A DNA stretch of 64,000 bases from Nibricoccus sp. (GCA_047602425.1 JASGHG010000001.1:768001-832000); one strand, 5' to 3'. Counted from the stretch's first letter, positions 1 through 10,321 are shown. Translations and numbers: made by a program. The notes: generated from the sequence alone by a model not told the origin.

Positions 1-1342
1 CCACGACCGAAGGCAGTGCGTTGTGGAAAAGTTTTTCGTAATCGGCCATCGCTTCCGCCGATGCCTTGAGTTCCTCGGCGTTGCAGCCGAACACTTCGTT
101 ATTACCACACCAAAGAGTCAGGCACGCCCGATGCCGCAAGCGGCGGATCTGGCACTCCGCCTCGGCGCGCACGCTTTCGACAAAGGTCGCATCCGCCGGA
201 TATCGCGTGCAGGCGAACATGAAGTCCTGCCACACGAGCAATCCCAGTTCGTCGCAGATATCATAAAAATCTTCGCTCTCGTAAATGCCGCCGCCCCACA
301 CACGCACCATGTTCATGTGCGCCTTTGCCGCGCTCGTCAGGTCGCGTTCGTAGTCGGCGCGTTTCAAACCCGCGACAAAGCAATGCGCCGGAATCCAATT
401 CGCGCCTTTGGCAAAAATTGGTCTCCCATTCACCACAAATTGGAAGGACTCGCCCCATTGATCGGCATGCCGATCCAATTGAACCGTCCTAAGACCGATG
501 CGGCGCGACCAATGCCCGATCACCGCACCATCCTGCCGCGCAACCTCGACTTCCAGTCGGTAAAGCGGCTGACGCCCCTGGCCGTTTGGCCACCACAACT
601 GAGGATATTCGACCAGGATCTTCTCCCCCTGCCCTTCCGCGACCCTGACCGAACCAAGGGACAACCGCCAGCGACAAAGCGCCGCGGCCTCCGGCCGTTC
701 GAGTTCGGGCTTGAGCGACAGCTCCACGCTTCCGTCAATGCGGTGGTCCTGCGAAATGCACAGTCCTTGCAAACGATTCCCGGTCCACGCCTCCAGGCGA
801 ATGTCGCGCCAGATGCCGGCGGTGACAAACCGAGGACCCCAATCCCAGCCGAACTGGCATTGTTGCTTGCGAATCACCGTACAGCGGCCCACAGGATCAT
901 TGAACTCACGGGGTTTGTGGTTTGGCCGTTGGTTGCGGATGTATTTCATCGCACTGCCAAAGCGAATGACGAGTTCGTTGGCGCCTCGCCGGAGCAGGGG
1001 CTTTACCTCCCATCGATGGGCGATGAACATGTTTTCCGTGCGCGCAACTTCTTGGCCGTTCAGGATCACCGTTGCGACCGTGTCGAGCCCGTCAGCCACA
1101 AGTTCAATGTTTCCTTCGGAGCGAAAATCGGCCGGCAGATTGAAACTCGCGCGGTACTCCCAGTCGCGCTCCTCAATCCATTGCAACGTGTTTTCGTTGT
1201 CGGCCCAGAATGGATCAGGGATCAGGCCCTGATCCTTCAGATCGCTGTGTACGCAGCCCGGAACCATGGCGGGGCGCCAGGGCGTGCGCTTGGTCGCGTC
1301 GCGAAATTGCCAACCTGCCGTAGTGAGCGAATATTGGCGCAT
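1..1342 (-). CDS. GH2 beta-mannosidase, N-terminal part (continues beyond left edge; absent from ORF track)
   Basis: Manual minus-strand translation from ATG at 1342: MRQYSLTTAGWQFRD...AMVPGCVHSDL...IPDPFWADNE...WIEERDWEYR, then KGANWIP, NMVRVWGGGIYE and LVWQDFMFAC, all typical GH2 mannosidase motifs. Confidence 0.93.
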   Translation of the reverse strand, partial: MRQYSLTTAGWQFRDATKRTPWRPAMVPGCVHSDLKDQGLIPDPFWADNENTLQWIEERDWEYRASFNLPADFRSEGNIELVADGLDTVATVILNGQEVARTENMFIAHRWEVKPLLRRGANELVIRFGSAMKYIRNQRPNHKPREFNDPVGRCTVIRKQQCQFGWDWGPRFVTAGIWRDIRLEAWTGNRLQGLCISQDHRIDGSVELSLKPELERPEAAALCRWRLSLGSVRVAEGQGEKILVEYPQLWWPNGQGRQPLYRLEVEVARQDGAVIGHWSRRIGLRTVQLDRHADQWGESFQFVVNGRPIFAKGANWIPAHCFVAGLKRADYERDLTSAAKAHMNMVRVWGGGIYESEDFYDICDELGLLVWQDFMFACTRYPADATFVESVRAEAECQIRRLRHRACLTLWCGNNEVFGCNAEELKASAEAMADYEKLFHNALPSVV

Positions 1343-1371
1343 AACGGCGGCGGAGAAGAAATGAAGGCCGC

Positions 1372-2358
1372 TTATTTCAGCGGATTTTCCTTCACGAACT
1401 TGACCACTTCCTCGGCGTTGCAGAAACACAGCGCCGAGACCGTGTCGGCGGCGCCGTAGTAGATCGCAATCCGGCCCGTTGCACTGTCGCAGAGACAGCC
1501 CACCGGGAAACAGACGCCAGGGACAAAACCAGAGAGCTCGTACGGAGCTTCGGGACAGAGCAACGCTTCCTTGCAGCGGGCGATGACTTTCCAAGGTTGT
1601 TCCAGATCGAGCAGCACCGCGCTCATCGAATAGACGAACCCGTTGCACGTGCCCGTGACAGCATGATAGAAAAGCAACCAACCTTCATTCGTTTCGATGG
1701 GCGAAGGACCGGCGCCAATCTTCGTGCCTTGGAACCATGGCCAGCCGCGGCCCATGATGTGGCGGTGTTTGCCCCAATACACCATATCGGGACTTTCGCT
1801 CACAAAGATATCGCCGAATGGCGTGTGGCCCGTATCGCTCGGCCGGCTGAGCATGAGAAATTTGCCGTTGATCTTGCGCGGGAAAAGCACGCCGTTGCGA
1901 TTGTATGGCAGGAACGCGTTTTCAATCTGCTCGAAGTTCACGAAGTCCGTCGTGCGAGCAATGCCGATGGTCGGGCCGTGATAGCCGTTGCACCAAGTGA
2001 TGTAATGCACGCCGTCGACCAAGGTCACGCGCGGGTCGTAGGCATATTCGTGGCGACGCACTTCCGGGTCGTCACATTTGAAATCGATCGGCTTCGGCTC
2101 AAACATCCACTTGATTCCATCGGCGCTGCGTCCCACATGCAGATGGGGTACGCGGTCCATGCCCTCGGTGCGAAAAACGCCAATGAATCCGCCCTGCCAG
2201 GGCACGACCGCGCTGTTGTAGATGCCCGTAACGCGCGGCAGCGGCCGGCGACCGATGACTGGATTCGCATCGTAACGCCAGACGATGTCCGGGTTGCCAG
2301 CGGGTTTTGGCTGCCAGGGAATGTTCGGTAACGCGGGACCGGTGATCTTAAGATTCAT
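1372..2358 (-). CDS. GH130 phosphorylase, beta-1,4-mannooligosaccharide phosphorylase type
   Basis: Motifs YNSAVV, YAYDPRV, PYNRNGVLFPRKING, KIGAG, IYYGAADT; mannan cluster context. Confidence 0.92.
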   Translation of the reverse strand: MNLKITGPALPNIPWQPKPAGNPDIVWRYDANPVIGRRPLPRVTGIYNSAVVPWQGGFIGVFRTEGMDRVPHLHVGRSADGIKWMFEPKPIDFKCDDPEVRRHEYAYDPRVTLVDGVHYITWCNGYHGPTIGIARTTDFVNFEQIENAFLPYNRNGVLFPRKINGKFLMLSRPSDTGHTPFGDIFVSESPDMVYWGKHRHIMGRGWPWFQGTKIGAGPSPIETNEGWLLFYHAVTGTCNGFVYSMSAVLLDLEQPWKVIARCKEALLCPEAPYELSGFVPGVCFPVGCLCDSATGRIAIYYGAADTVSALCFCNAEEVVKFVKENPLK

Positions 2359-2563
2359 GTTTTCGTTGAGATTAGGTAAATTCGAGCCGGGTTTTTCGAC
2401 GCGGCAATCGCTTCAACCGCGAGAAGCTCGGCGGCAAAATGGATGCTGGGGCGGGGTCAAAAGCCATGTCAGATTATTCGTTTCGCCCTTCCATGAACAT
2501 GAGAGATCTTCCGTGTGAATTGAGACTAGTTGCCGCCTGTTCCCCGAGGAGGACGGATTGTTT

Positions 2564-3793
2564 TCAGGTTCGCAGAAGCTTATTTGCGCGGATTAGAGCA
2601 AGCCTTTGATCGACGCAGGCGCGGGTGTGCCCGCCGTCCTCCGGAGTGTTCAGGCACCAGTCGACCAGCTTCGCCACCGAGCTTCGAGCAACGTAACAGC
2701 GGGTGTCCGAACCGCCATAATACATCAGCACGGTGTCGTCAGGCTGTCGCACCCAACCATTGGTGAATGTGACATTGGAAACATCGCCCAACCGCTCCGT
2801 GAACCTTGGCGCGATCAAGTGCCCGCCCGGACGTGCGATAACCTCCGACGGATCCTCAAGCGAGGTCATGAACATGTAGATGGTGTAACGCAGTCCCGCC
2901 GCACAGCCACGCACGCCATGCGCAAGATGCAACCAGCCCTGCGGAGTCTTGAGCGGCGCGGGGCCCTGCCCGTTCTTTACCTCCTTGATCGTGTGGTACG
3001 CGCGGGCATCGATGATCGTTTCCGGTCCAGTGACGCCCGTGGCGATGTCGTCGCAAAGCGTCCAGCCAATGCCGCCGCCCGAGCCTACGTCGATAAAGCC
3101 GTCCATCGGCCGCGTGTAGAAGGCATATTTGCCATCGACGAATTCCTCATGGAGCACGACATTCCGCTGCTGGCTGGCCGGTGTCTTCAGGTTCGGCAAG
3201 CGCTCCCATTTCCTGAAATCCTTCGTGCGCACCATGCCCGCCTGCGCCACCGCGGACGACAGATCGCCCGGAGCAGCCTTGGGATCCTTCGACTCGGCGC
3301 AAAACACGCCATAGATCCAGCCGTCTTCGTGAAACGTCACACGCATGTCGTAGAGATTCGTTTCGCCAGGAATCGCCGGAATGTCGCAGGGTTCCTCCCA
3401 AAAACGGAAGTTATCGACGCCATTCGCGCTTTCGGCGATCGCAAAGAAACTTTTCCGATCCGCGCCTTCGACACGCACCACGAGGTGCGCTTTCCCCTTC
3501 CAGAAAAATGCCCCGGGATTGTAGGCGCCGCCCACACCGAGCCGCTCCATGAAAAAGGGATTCGTTTCCGGATTGAAATCGTAGCGCCATTCGAGCGGCA
3601 CGTGATGCGCCGTGACCACCGGGTATTTAAAACGTTCGAACACGCCGTTCTCCCAATCGGGTTCAACCGGGTTTTTGCGTTTGAGAAATTTCTCATGGGC
3701 TGCGCGCACCGCTTTCACACGAGCGTCAAACAAATGGTTCGGCTTCGCTTTCGTCGTGCTTTTCTTTGGAAGGGAGTTCGCTCTCTTTTTCAT
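2564..3793 (-). CDS. mgp: GH130 4-O-beta-D-mannosyl-D-glucose phosphorylase
   Basis: Motifs WRYDFNPETNPFFMERLG, RVEGADRKSFFAIAES, QQRNVVLH, YHTIKEVKNGQGP, HGVRGCAAGLRY, GDVSNV; adjacent to cellobiose 2-epimerase. Confidence 0.93.
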   Translation of the reverse strand: MKKRANSLPKKSTTKAKPNHLFDARVKAVRAAHEKFLKRKNPVEPDWENGVFERFKYPVVTAHHVPLEWRYDFNPETNPFFMERLGVGGAYNPGAFFWKGKAHLVVRVEGADRKSFFAIAESANGVDNFRFWEEPCDIPAIPGETNLYDMRVTFHEDGWIYGVFCAESKDPKAAPGDLSSAVAQAGMVRTKDFRKWERLPNLKTPASQQRNVVLHEEFVDGKYAFYTRPMDGFIDVGSGGGIGWTLCDDIATGVTGPETIIDARAYHTIKEVKNGQGPAPLKTPQGWLHLAHGVRGCAAGLRYTIYMFMTSLEDPSEVIARPGGHLIAPRFTERLGDVSNVTFTNGWVRQPDDTVLMYYGGSDTRCYVARSSVAKLVDWCLNTPEDGGHTRACVDQRLALIRANKLLRT

Positions 3794-3813
3794 AAATCAA
3801 AAATTTTCCTGCC

Positions 3814-5022
3814 TCAGGCGATCAATGCACGCAACCGGCGGCTCGCTTCCAAGCATGCGCGACCATTGTGATATGGGCATTTCCAGAAGCTGACCTTCAG
3901 GTGCTTGTCCAGTACCAGCCCTTCGCGATTCACGCCGCGAAACCATTCGCCGTTCTTCCGGTCGACCAAATGCGTCTCGATAAAATCCCAGCACCGCAAC
4001 GCCGCACGGAGGTATCGCTCGTCGCCAGAAATCGAATACACCGCAAGAAAACCGACCACTGCCTCGGCTTGCGGCCACCATTCTTTTTCAAAATCGATCA
4101 CGCCCGAGGGATTGCCCGCATTGAAAAGCGCGCCGTCCTCGTCCACGCCTTCGGCGAGTGTCGCTTCCGCGATTTTTATCGCCAGGGATTTCAGCCGTTC
4201 AATCCGCTGCCGCTCTCCCAACAACTCCGCTGCTTCCATGAGCAGCCACGCCGCCTCGATGTCGTGACCGTAAGAAACTACGTCCGATTGCGAAACCCAG
4301 TCCTTGGAGAAAAATAATTTCAGGTGCCCGGTTGCAGGTTCGAGTATCCGGTCAAGCATGACGTCCACGAGCGCCGCCTGGGATTGTTTCACCGCGTCAT
4401 CCGGCCATACCCTGAGCAGATTGGTGTAGGCTTCCATCACGTGGAGGTGCGTGTTTTGCGACTTCGGCACGTTCATGTCGGCCTCGCCCAAACGCATATC
4501 CGCAATAGTCCCCCACTCGCGTGAAAATGCTTCCAAATAACCTCCGTGTTCGGCGTCACGGGCGTGTTGTTCGAGCAATTTGAATAACGTAATCGCACGC
4601 TCCAACGGCTCGCGGAGTCCGGTCGCGCGATGGTATTCCGTCAGCGCATAAATCGCGAAGGCCTGCCCGTAAACCTGCTTGCGCGGATTCCGTGGCGTTC
4701 CCTCCGCGGTGATGGACCAGAAAAAGCCGCCGTGCTCATGATCCCAAAAATTCTTGATCAAATCGTCGTGGGCCAACCGGGCCATTTCGAGGAACGAGGG
4801 CTCGCGCAGGTGCAAATACGCCGCTGAGTACGTCCAAAGAATCCGCGAACTCAGCAACGCGCCGCGATCGGCCGTACGATCCACTACCAAGTCGTTGGTG
4901 AGCGAGCCATGAATCGTGCCGGAAGTTCGATTAACCGTGTATTTGATCCAAAATGGCAGGATATTTCCCGCCAGTTCCGCGTCGATGCGGTCGGCGTAGT
5001 TTTTGATTTGGCTTTCGTCCAT
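3814..5022 (-). CDS. Cellobiose/mannobiose 2-epimerase (AGE family)
   Basis: NILPFW, RILWTYS, KQVYGQAFAIY, KSQNTHLHVMEAY, SYGHDIEAAWL, WWPQAE, WKCPYHNGR. Confidence 0.95.
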   Translation of the reverse strand: MDESQIKNYADRIDAELAGNILPFWIKYTVNRTSGTIHGSLTNDLVVDRTADRGALLSSRILWTYSAAYLHLREPSFLEMARLAHDDLIKNFWDHEHGGFFWSITAEGTPRNPRKQVYGQAFAIYALTEYHRATGLREPLERAITLFKLLEQHARDAEHGGYLEAFSREWGTIADMRLGEADMNVPKSQNTHLHVMEAYTNLLRVWPDDAVKQSQAALVDVMLDRILEPATGHLKLFFSKDWVSQSDVVSYGHDIEAAWLLMEAAELLGERQRIERLKSLAIKIAEATLAEGVDEDGALFNAGNPSGVIDFEKEWWPQAEAVVGFLAVYSISGDERYLRAALRCWDFIETHLVDRKNGEWFRGVNREGLVLDKHLKVSFWKCPYHNGRACLEASRRLRALIA

Positions 5023-5047
5023 GCGGATTATTTTTGGCGAATTGGAC

Positions 5048-7435
5048 TTAACCGAGAATGGCGACCACGTTGGAATTGTCCTTTAACTTATCCGCAGGGA
5101 CAACGCATCCCGCCACAGGCTCGCCGTCGACCGTCAAAGATTTTACTCCGCGACAGACATGGGCCGGATTCCTGACCTCGATCGTGAGATTTTTCCCACG
5201 AAAATTCCGGCGCATCGTGAAGCCCGGCCACTTCTTTGGAATGCAGGGATCGATGCGCAAGCCGTCGATTTCCGGCCGCACGCCGAGCAACCAATGCGTG
5301 GCACTGTAATATGCCCACGAGGCCGTGCCACTCAGCCATGGAACGCGCGAGACGCCTTCGTTGCGGTTGAATTTCGAATACGTCGTCTGGCAATGCACGT
5401 AAGGTTCGATTTCGCGCAGTTCGGCGCGGTCGTTGTACGCCGCCGGCATAAAGGAGCGGTAATATTCGTAGGCGAGATCGCCGTCGCCTTGCATGCACTC
5501 CGCCATGACGCCCCAGCTTTGGGTATGCGAAAAAATGCCGGCGTTTTCCTTGATGCCGGAGTTGAACAATGTGGCTCGCATGACATCGCGGTCGGCTTTG
5601 ATAAATGGCGGCGCGCACAACATCACACCGTAAGGCGTAGCCAGCCGCTCCTTCATCGTGCGCAGGGCGATTTTCGCCTGCTCGGACGTCGCGGCGCCGC
5701 TCATGACCGCCCACACTTGAGTGTTCATGTAGACCTGGCCTTCGGGAAAATTCTTGGTGCCGAAAACAAATCCGTCCTGGCCGATCGCCCAGATGAACCA
5801 TTCGCCATCCCAGCAGACCTTCTGGATTTTTTCATCGAGTTTCGCCAGTTCGGCGCGGGCCCATTTTGCCTCTTCTTTTTGGTTCAGGCGATCCGCAATG
5901 CCGGCATATACGTCGAGTCCCAACCTGACTTGAAACGCCACGAACACGCTTTCGCCGCGGTAGCCGAGGCGGATGCAATCGTTCCAGTCCGCGGAAAGAC
6001 CGCAGGGCAGGCCGTTGCGGCCTGTGCGCTCCAAATTGAATTCCAACGCGCGTCGCAAATGTTTGAATACAGTCGCCTCGCCCCGGTCGGCGTAGGGCAG
6101 CACCTTGTTGTAGAAATCGACGTCACCCGTTTCCGCCACGTACGCCGGAACCGCATTAAAGAACCAAAGGCAGTCGTCGCTGCGATATTCCTCGTCGGGC
6201 GGCGGCGGCTCTTTGCCCGGCTGATGCGAGAACGGTTTAATCACCGGGATCGCGCCGCCATTTGCCAACTGGCCGGTCAGCATCAGTTCGAGACGAGGTT
6301 TCACGCCTTCGCGCAGCAGCGGAATGGCGCCCAGCATATCCTGCACGGTATCGCGGAAGCCAAGACCGTCGCGTTCGCCATTGTAGATCAACGACGCCGA
6401 GCGCGACCACGCAAAGGTGATGAGCGCGTTGTAGGCGTTCCACACGTTGATCATGTGATCCAGCTCCTTGTCGGGTGTATCGATCTGGAGCGATTGAAGC
6501 GGCTTGTGCCAGAGTGCTTTCAATTTCTGGAACTCAGCCTCGCACCGTTTCGGATCTCCAAATTCCGCCGTGGTTTTCCGACCGTGGGTGTCGACGGTCC
6601 CAATACCAAGCATCACGATCAACTCGCGCGTCTCGCCCGGCGCTAGCGTAACGTCAGCCTGTAAAGTGCCGCAGGTGTTGTCGCCTTCGGCCAGGAAGTT
6701 GGAGCATTTACCCTTCGCCACAGCCACCGGCGCGGCATAGCCACCGTAAGTTCCCAAGAAACGCTCGCGCACGGTCTCGACTCCAACCAATGGCGCACCC
6801 CCAAGGGACATCCAGACACGCGCGCAGCCCGTCAGGTCCTTGCCATCGAAATCATAGTGTGGATTGCAGCTGATGCCCAGGATGCCGTCTTCAAGTGAAG
6901 CGCGTGTGATGAATTGCGAGTACTGCAGGTTGATCAAATCCTGGAAAGTGCTCCAAAGGTTCGCGAATTCGCAGTAGGTAAAAATCGAGAGCTTGCGCGA
7001 ACGGCCCGTATTATTCGTGACCTTTAGTCTCCAGTATTCGAACGTCTGCCCGACCGGTACAAAATAGGTGCTTTCGGTTTCGATCCCCTCGTACGCCGAG
7101 GTGATAATCGAATAAGCCGTGCCGTGCCGGCAGGTACTCTTGTACTTGTCGAGTGGTTTTCCAACCGGTTGCCAGGAGGAACTCCAGAAATCGCCGCTGT
7201 CGTTGTCCCGCAGGTAAAAATACCGTCCTGGCTGGTCCAGCGGGATGCTGTTGAAACGCATCCGCAGGAAGCGTCCCGTGGCTCCGCTCTTGTAGAACGA
7301 GTACCCGCCTGCATTGTTCGTGATGATCGCGCCATACTCGGTCGAGCCGAGGTAGTTGCTCCACGGACGCGGTGTGTCCGGGCGCGTGATGACGTATTCG
7401 CGGGCTTGGTCGTCGAAAAATCCGTAGTTTGCCAT
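5048..7435 (-). CDS. GH94 glycoside phosphorylase (cellobiose/chitobiose phosphorylase family)
   Basis: YGFFDD..REYVITRP.TP.PW.NYLG, GFRDTVQD, catalytic DWNDC, KENAGIFSH, WLSGTASW; 795 aa. Confidence 0.92.
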   Translation of the reverse strand: MANYGFFDDQAREYVITRPDTPRPWSNYLGSTEYGAIITNNAGGYSFYKSGATGRFLRMRFNSIPLDQPGRYFYLRDNDSGDFWSSSWQPVGKPLDKYKSTCRHGTAYSIITSAYEGIETESTYFVPVGQTFEYWRLKVTNNTGRSRKLSIFTYCEFANLWSTFQDLINLQYSQFITRASLEDGILGISCNPHYDFDGKDLTGCARVWMSLGGAPLVGVETVRERFLGTYGGYAAPVAVAKGKCSNFLAEGDNTCGTLQADVTLAPGETRELIVMLGIGTVDTHGRKTTAEFGDPKRCEAEFQKLKALWHKPLQSLQIDTPDKELDHMINVWNAYNALITFAWSRSASLIYNGERDGLGFRDTVQDMLGAIPLLREGVKPRLELMLTGQLANGGAIPVIKPFSHQPGKEPPPPDEEYRSDDCLWFFNAVPAYVAETGDVDFYNKVLPYADRGEATVFKHLRRALEFNLERTGRNGLPCGLSADWNDCIRLGYRGESVFVAFQVRLGLDVYAGIADRLNQKEEAKWARAELAKLDEKIQKVCWDGEWFIWAIGQDGFVFGTKNFPEGQVYMNTQVWAVMSGAATSEQAKIALRTMKERLATPYGVMLCAPPFIKADRDVMRATLFNSGIKENAGIFSHTQSWGVMAECMQGDGDLAYEYYRSFMPAAYNDRAELREIEPYVHCQTTYSKFNRNEGVSRVPWLSGTASWAYYSATHWLLGVRPEIDGLRIDPCIPKKWPGFTMRRNFRGKNLTIEVRNPAHVCRGVKSLTVDGEPVAGCVVPADKLKDNSNVVAILG

Positions 7436-7473
7436 GTGTAAATCCTGCTGGAGGGAAATGCGTGCTGAAAAGG

Positions 7474-8832
7474 TTACTTAAGGCCGAGCTTCTTCACGAC
7501 CCAGGCGTTGATCGCCTCCCACTGTTCGGGCGTATAACTATGCGCCAGTTCCAAAGTCAGGCCCAGTTCCTTCGGCGCCGTGATGACATTGTAAGCCGCG
7601 TAAATCGAAGTCGGCGGACAAACATCGTCGTTGTAGCCCCACGTGTAATAGCCGGACACTTTGAGCCGGCGCGCGAAGTTCACTGTGTCATAATAAGTGG
7701 TTGTAGCGATTTTGGCCGGCGTCGCATGAAACGAGGGCGCACCCGAATTTGCATCGGGTTGGAAAGGACGCGGCCAGCCGCCCGCCCGGCCATTGAGATC
7801 GCCTGTAACGTCGCAAAATGCCGGGTGCGTCGCGCACAAGCCGGTGACGCGCGGATCCAGCGCCGCCGTTACAATTGTAAGCTGTCCGCCCTGGCTTGCG
7901 CCCATCACGAGCAAGTTTTTGCCGTCCCAATTTTCGCGGCTGGTGAGAAAATCGTTTGCGCGGATGCAACTCAGATAAACGCGCCGGTAGTAGAACGTAT
8001 CTTTGTTGTCCAAATTGAAGAGCCAATAGTAACAAAGCGGACCGGCGAAGAGTGCGTCGTAAACTTCCTGCGCCATATTGACCGGCACGCCGTGAATCCC
8101 GATCTCCAGCGTGATCACTCCACGCGCCGCCAACCCTTTGTCCCCGGCGTAGGGCCGGATGCCGGCTCCCGGGACTTTCAAAACCGCCGGATAACGACCT
8201 GGCACCTTGGGTTCGCACAAAATGCCATAAATACGACTTGGTACCGTCGTCCAGTTCGGCCCAACCGTGCGAAAATTCACGTGGTAGACGTTGACGGTGT
8301 CCGTGCAAGCATCGGGCAAAAGCGTGAGCCGCGGTTCGATTGGCAACTTCGACAATTCATCCTTGCCCGCCTGCCAGAATGCATCGAAATCCGCCGGCTC
8401 GGTTTGCGTCGGCGCGATTTTCTCCGGCGAAAATGCCGCCGTCGCCACGCCCTTCGTTGTGCGCCCAGCCACTTCGGTCGTCACCGTGCACCGCAGAAAA
8501 CCCGGTTGCTTCAACGTACCGCCCTCGATGACGAGCCCATCCAGTGGAACTTGCGCGGTCTTCTTCTCGGTCGGCATCATTTCCTGTCCGACCGTGTATT
8601 GAATGGTCGCATTTTCCAGCGGCTCGTTGTCCGCCGTAACCGTTACTTTGAAACGGGCCACCTCACCCAGTTTATAGGTCCAATCACGACGATCAGGCGC
8701 GACGCGCACCTGCACCGCGGCGACACGCGCGTTGGCACCCGGCGGCACCGGCGTGATCGGTTCAGCTGACGTCCCGGGCAGAGCGGTGCAGACAAGCGCG
8801 GCGAGGCAAAGGAAGATTCTGGGGTATGACAT
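7474..8832 (-). CDS. Exported acetylxylan/acetylmannan esterase (CE7-like alpha/beta hydrolase)
   Basis: N-terminal signal peptide; EPADFDAFW, nucleophile elbow GASQGG, DDVCPP, C-terminal His (LAHSY). Confidence 0.85.
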   Translation of the reverse strand: MSYPRIFLCLAALVCTALPGTSAEPITPVPPGANARVAAVQVRVAPDRRDWTYKLGEVARFKVTVTADNEPLENATIQYTVGQEMMPTEKKTAQVPLDGLVIEGGTLKQPGFLRCTVTTEVAGRTTKGVATAAFSPEKIAPTQTEPADFDAFWQAGKDELSKLPIEPRLTLLPDACTDTVNVYHVNFRTVGPNWTTVPSRIYGILCEPKVPGRYPAVLKVPGAGIRPYAGDKGLAARGVITLEIGIHGVPVNMAQEVYDALFAGPLCYYWLFNLDNKDTFYYRRVYLSCIRANDFLTSRENWDGKNLLVMGASQGGQLTIVTAALDPRVTGLCATHPAFCDVTGDLNGRAGGWPRPFQPDANSGAPSFHATPAKIATTTYYDTVNFARRLKVSGYYTWGYNDDVCPPTSIYAAYNVITAPKELGLTLELAHSYTPEQWEAINAWVVKKLGLK

Positions 8833-9230
8833 GGCGAAAGAGCTACAGGCTTTGCCATCGCACGAGATCCTAGCAAACCGGAAAAACTTAACTCATTCGC
8901 CTCCATCCTAATCCACTCAAAGTATCCAATATTCACATACTTCTATTTTATAGTTACTTATGAATGTTCACCCAGTTTTAAAAATGCCGCGTTACCGCAA
9001 AGGATCATAAAAGCACAACGCTGGATCTTCGGCTGCCGCCAAATGCATCCTCCGCGTTCAAACTCCCAAAAAAGGACCGGGCCGGGCCATTTCCCGCCGG
9101 CGGATCCAATTCGTGTCCTGTGTAGATGCACGCAATCGCCGAAGTAGCGCAGGCATACTCCGGGCCCATTTTGCGAACGCCCGCATGCAACGGCCAATTG
9201 TACGTCCGAACAGTCGGTTCCCGTGTGGAC

Positions 9231-9276
9231 AAAAAATGTCCGCTCTTGGCGGCACATCACAACCGCCAAGAGCGGA
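9231..9276 (-). terminator. Rho-independent terminator downstream of the DUF892 gene
   Basis: Perfect 14-bp stem TCCGCTCTTGGCGG (9239-9252) / CCGCCAAGAGCGGA (9263-9276); A-run 9231-9236 gives a U-tract on the minus strand. Confidence 0.75.
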
Positions 9277-9361
9277 GTCTTCCGGGTGGCCCCATGGCAT
9301 CACCCTCATCGACGTATCACCGCAGAACCTGGAAACCAGGCTTCTGCGTAATTCCATGCGT

Positions 9362-9880
9362 TTAATCGACGTCCTCTTTCTCCGGCACCATCATGTTGGC
9401 GTCTTCGTTCACCGAATCGGAGAGGTCGGTGAGGATTTTGTCGGTTTGTTTCTCTTCGTCCAAAGTGGCCTGCAAGAGTTCAACGACTTCGCTCTCCCCG
9501 ACCACTTCCGCAAAATTGCGGGCCGTGCCATAGGCGGCCATTTCGTAGTGTTCGACCCGTTGCGCCGCGCCGATGAGACAGGCGTCGCGAATGGAATCGG
9601 GACCTTCGAGATCAATGGCCTCCTCGCCTTCCGCCACGAGGCCATCCATCGCTTTGCAGGTTTTGCCACGGGCAGGCACGCCGAGTTTTTCAAATACTTC
9701 CTCCAAACGGGCGACGTGATTTTTTGTCTCTTCCAAATGGGTTGTGAATCCTTGCTTCAGGTCTTCGTTGGTGGCGGCGCGGGCCATTTTCGGCAGGGCC
9801 TTGAGTAATTGTTTTTCCGCATCATAGAGATCTTTGACTTCATCTATGAGCAGTTCCCTGAGTGAGTTGATCGTCGACAT
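9362..9880 (-). CDS. Ferritin-like stress protein, DUF892 / YciE-YciF family
   Basis: KDLYDAEKQLLKALPKMA, HLEETKNHVARLE, CKAMDGLVAEG, AAQRVEHYEMAAYGT, TLDEEKQTD. Confidence 0.95.
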   Translation of the reverse strand: MSTINSLRELLIDEVKDLYDAEKQLLKALPKMARAATNEDLKQGFTTHLEETKNHVARLEEVFEKLGVPARGKTCKAMDGLVAEGEEAIDLEGPDSIRDACLIGAAQRVEHYEMAAYGTARNFAEVVGESEVVELLQATLDEEKQTDKILTDLSDSVNEDANMMVPEKEDVD

Positions 9881-10321
9881 AATAATTTCGGGTTAATGGT
9901 TTCTTAAAAAAGCACCGGTGATCGGCACGTCGCGCTACTATAGATCCATCGCCTGTCACCCTTAAATCCGGGGAAATCCCCGACGGTCGTACCGAAATTA
10001 TCGTACGCCCCTTCGTCCTTTGCCCCATAACGAGATAACTGCTGAAAACGCCTTTTGCGATACGCGTCGCGAAAAGCCCACTTGCCCGCATCCGCGCATT
10101 GCATTCTGCCTTTTCAATTGAGCGCCCACTTCAAAGTAGGTCGCCCAAGTGCTTGTCCTCCATGCACCGCCGTCAGCGTGGCATGCAGCGCGCGTAGCGG
10201 AAAAGCCTTCCGCCTCCGCCACTTCTTTTTCCCCATATCTTCGTTTTCTCAGCGGGAAATTGTCGATGCGATGTAGTTTCGGCGTTTTCCAGCGAAACAA
10301 AAAAACTTAAAGTTCACTGTC

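Noticed and set aside
23..1459. 478-aa plus-strand ORF
   Set aside because: Antisense shadow of the minus-strand GH2 mannosidase; no recognisable motifs
2606..8769. Long plus-strand ORFs (2606-3871, 5159-6646, 7429-8769)
   Set aside because: Antisense to well-supported CAZyme genes; expected in GC-rich, codon-biased DNA
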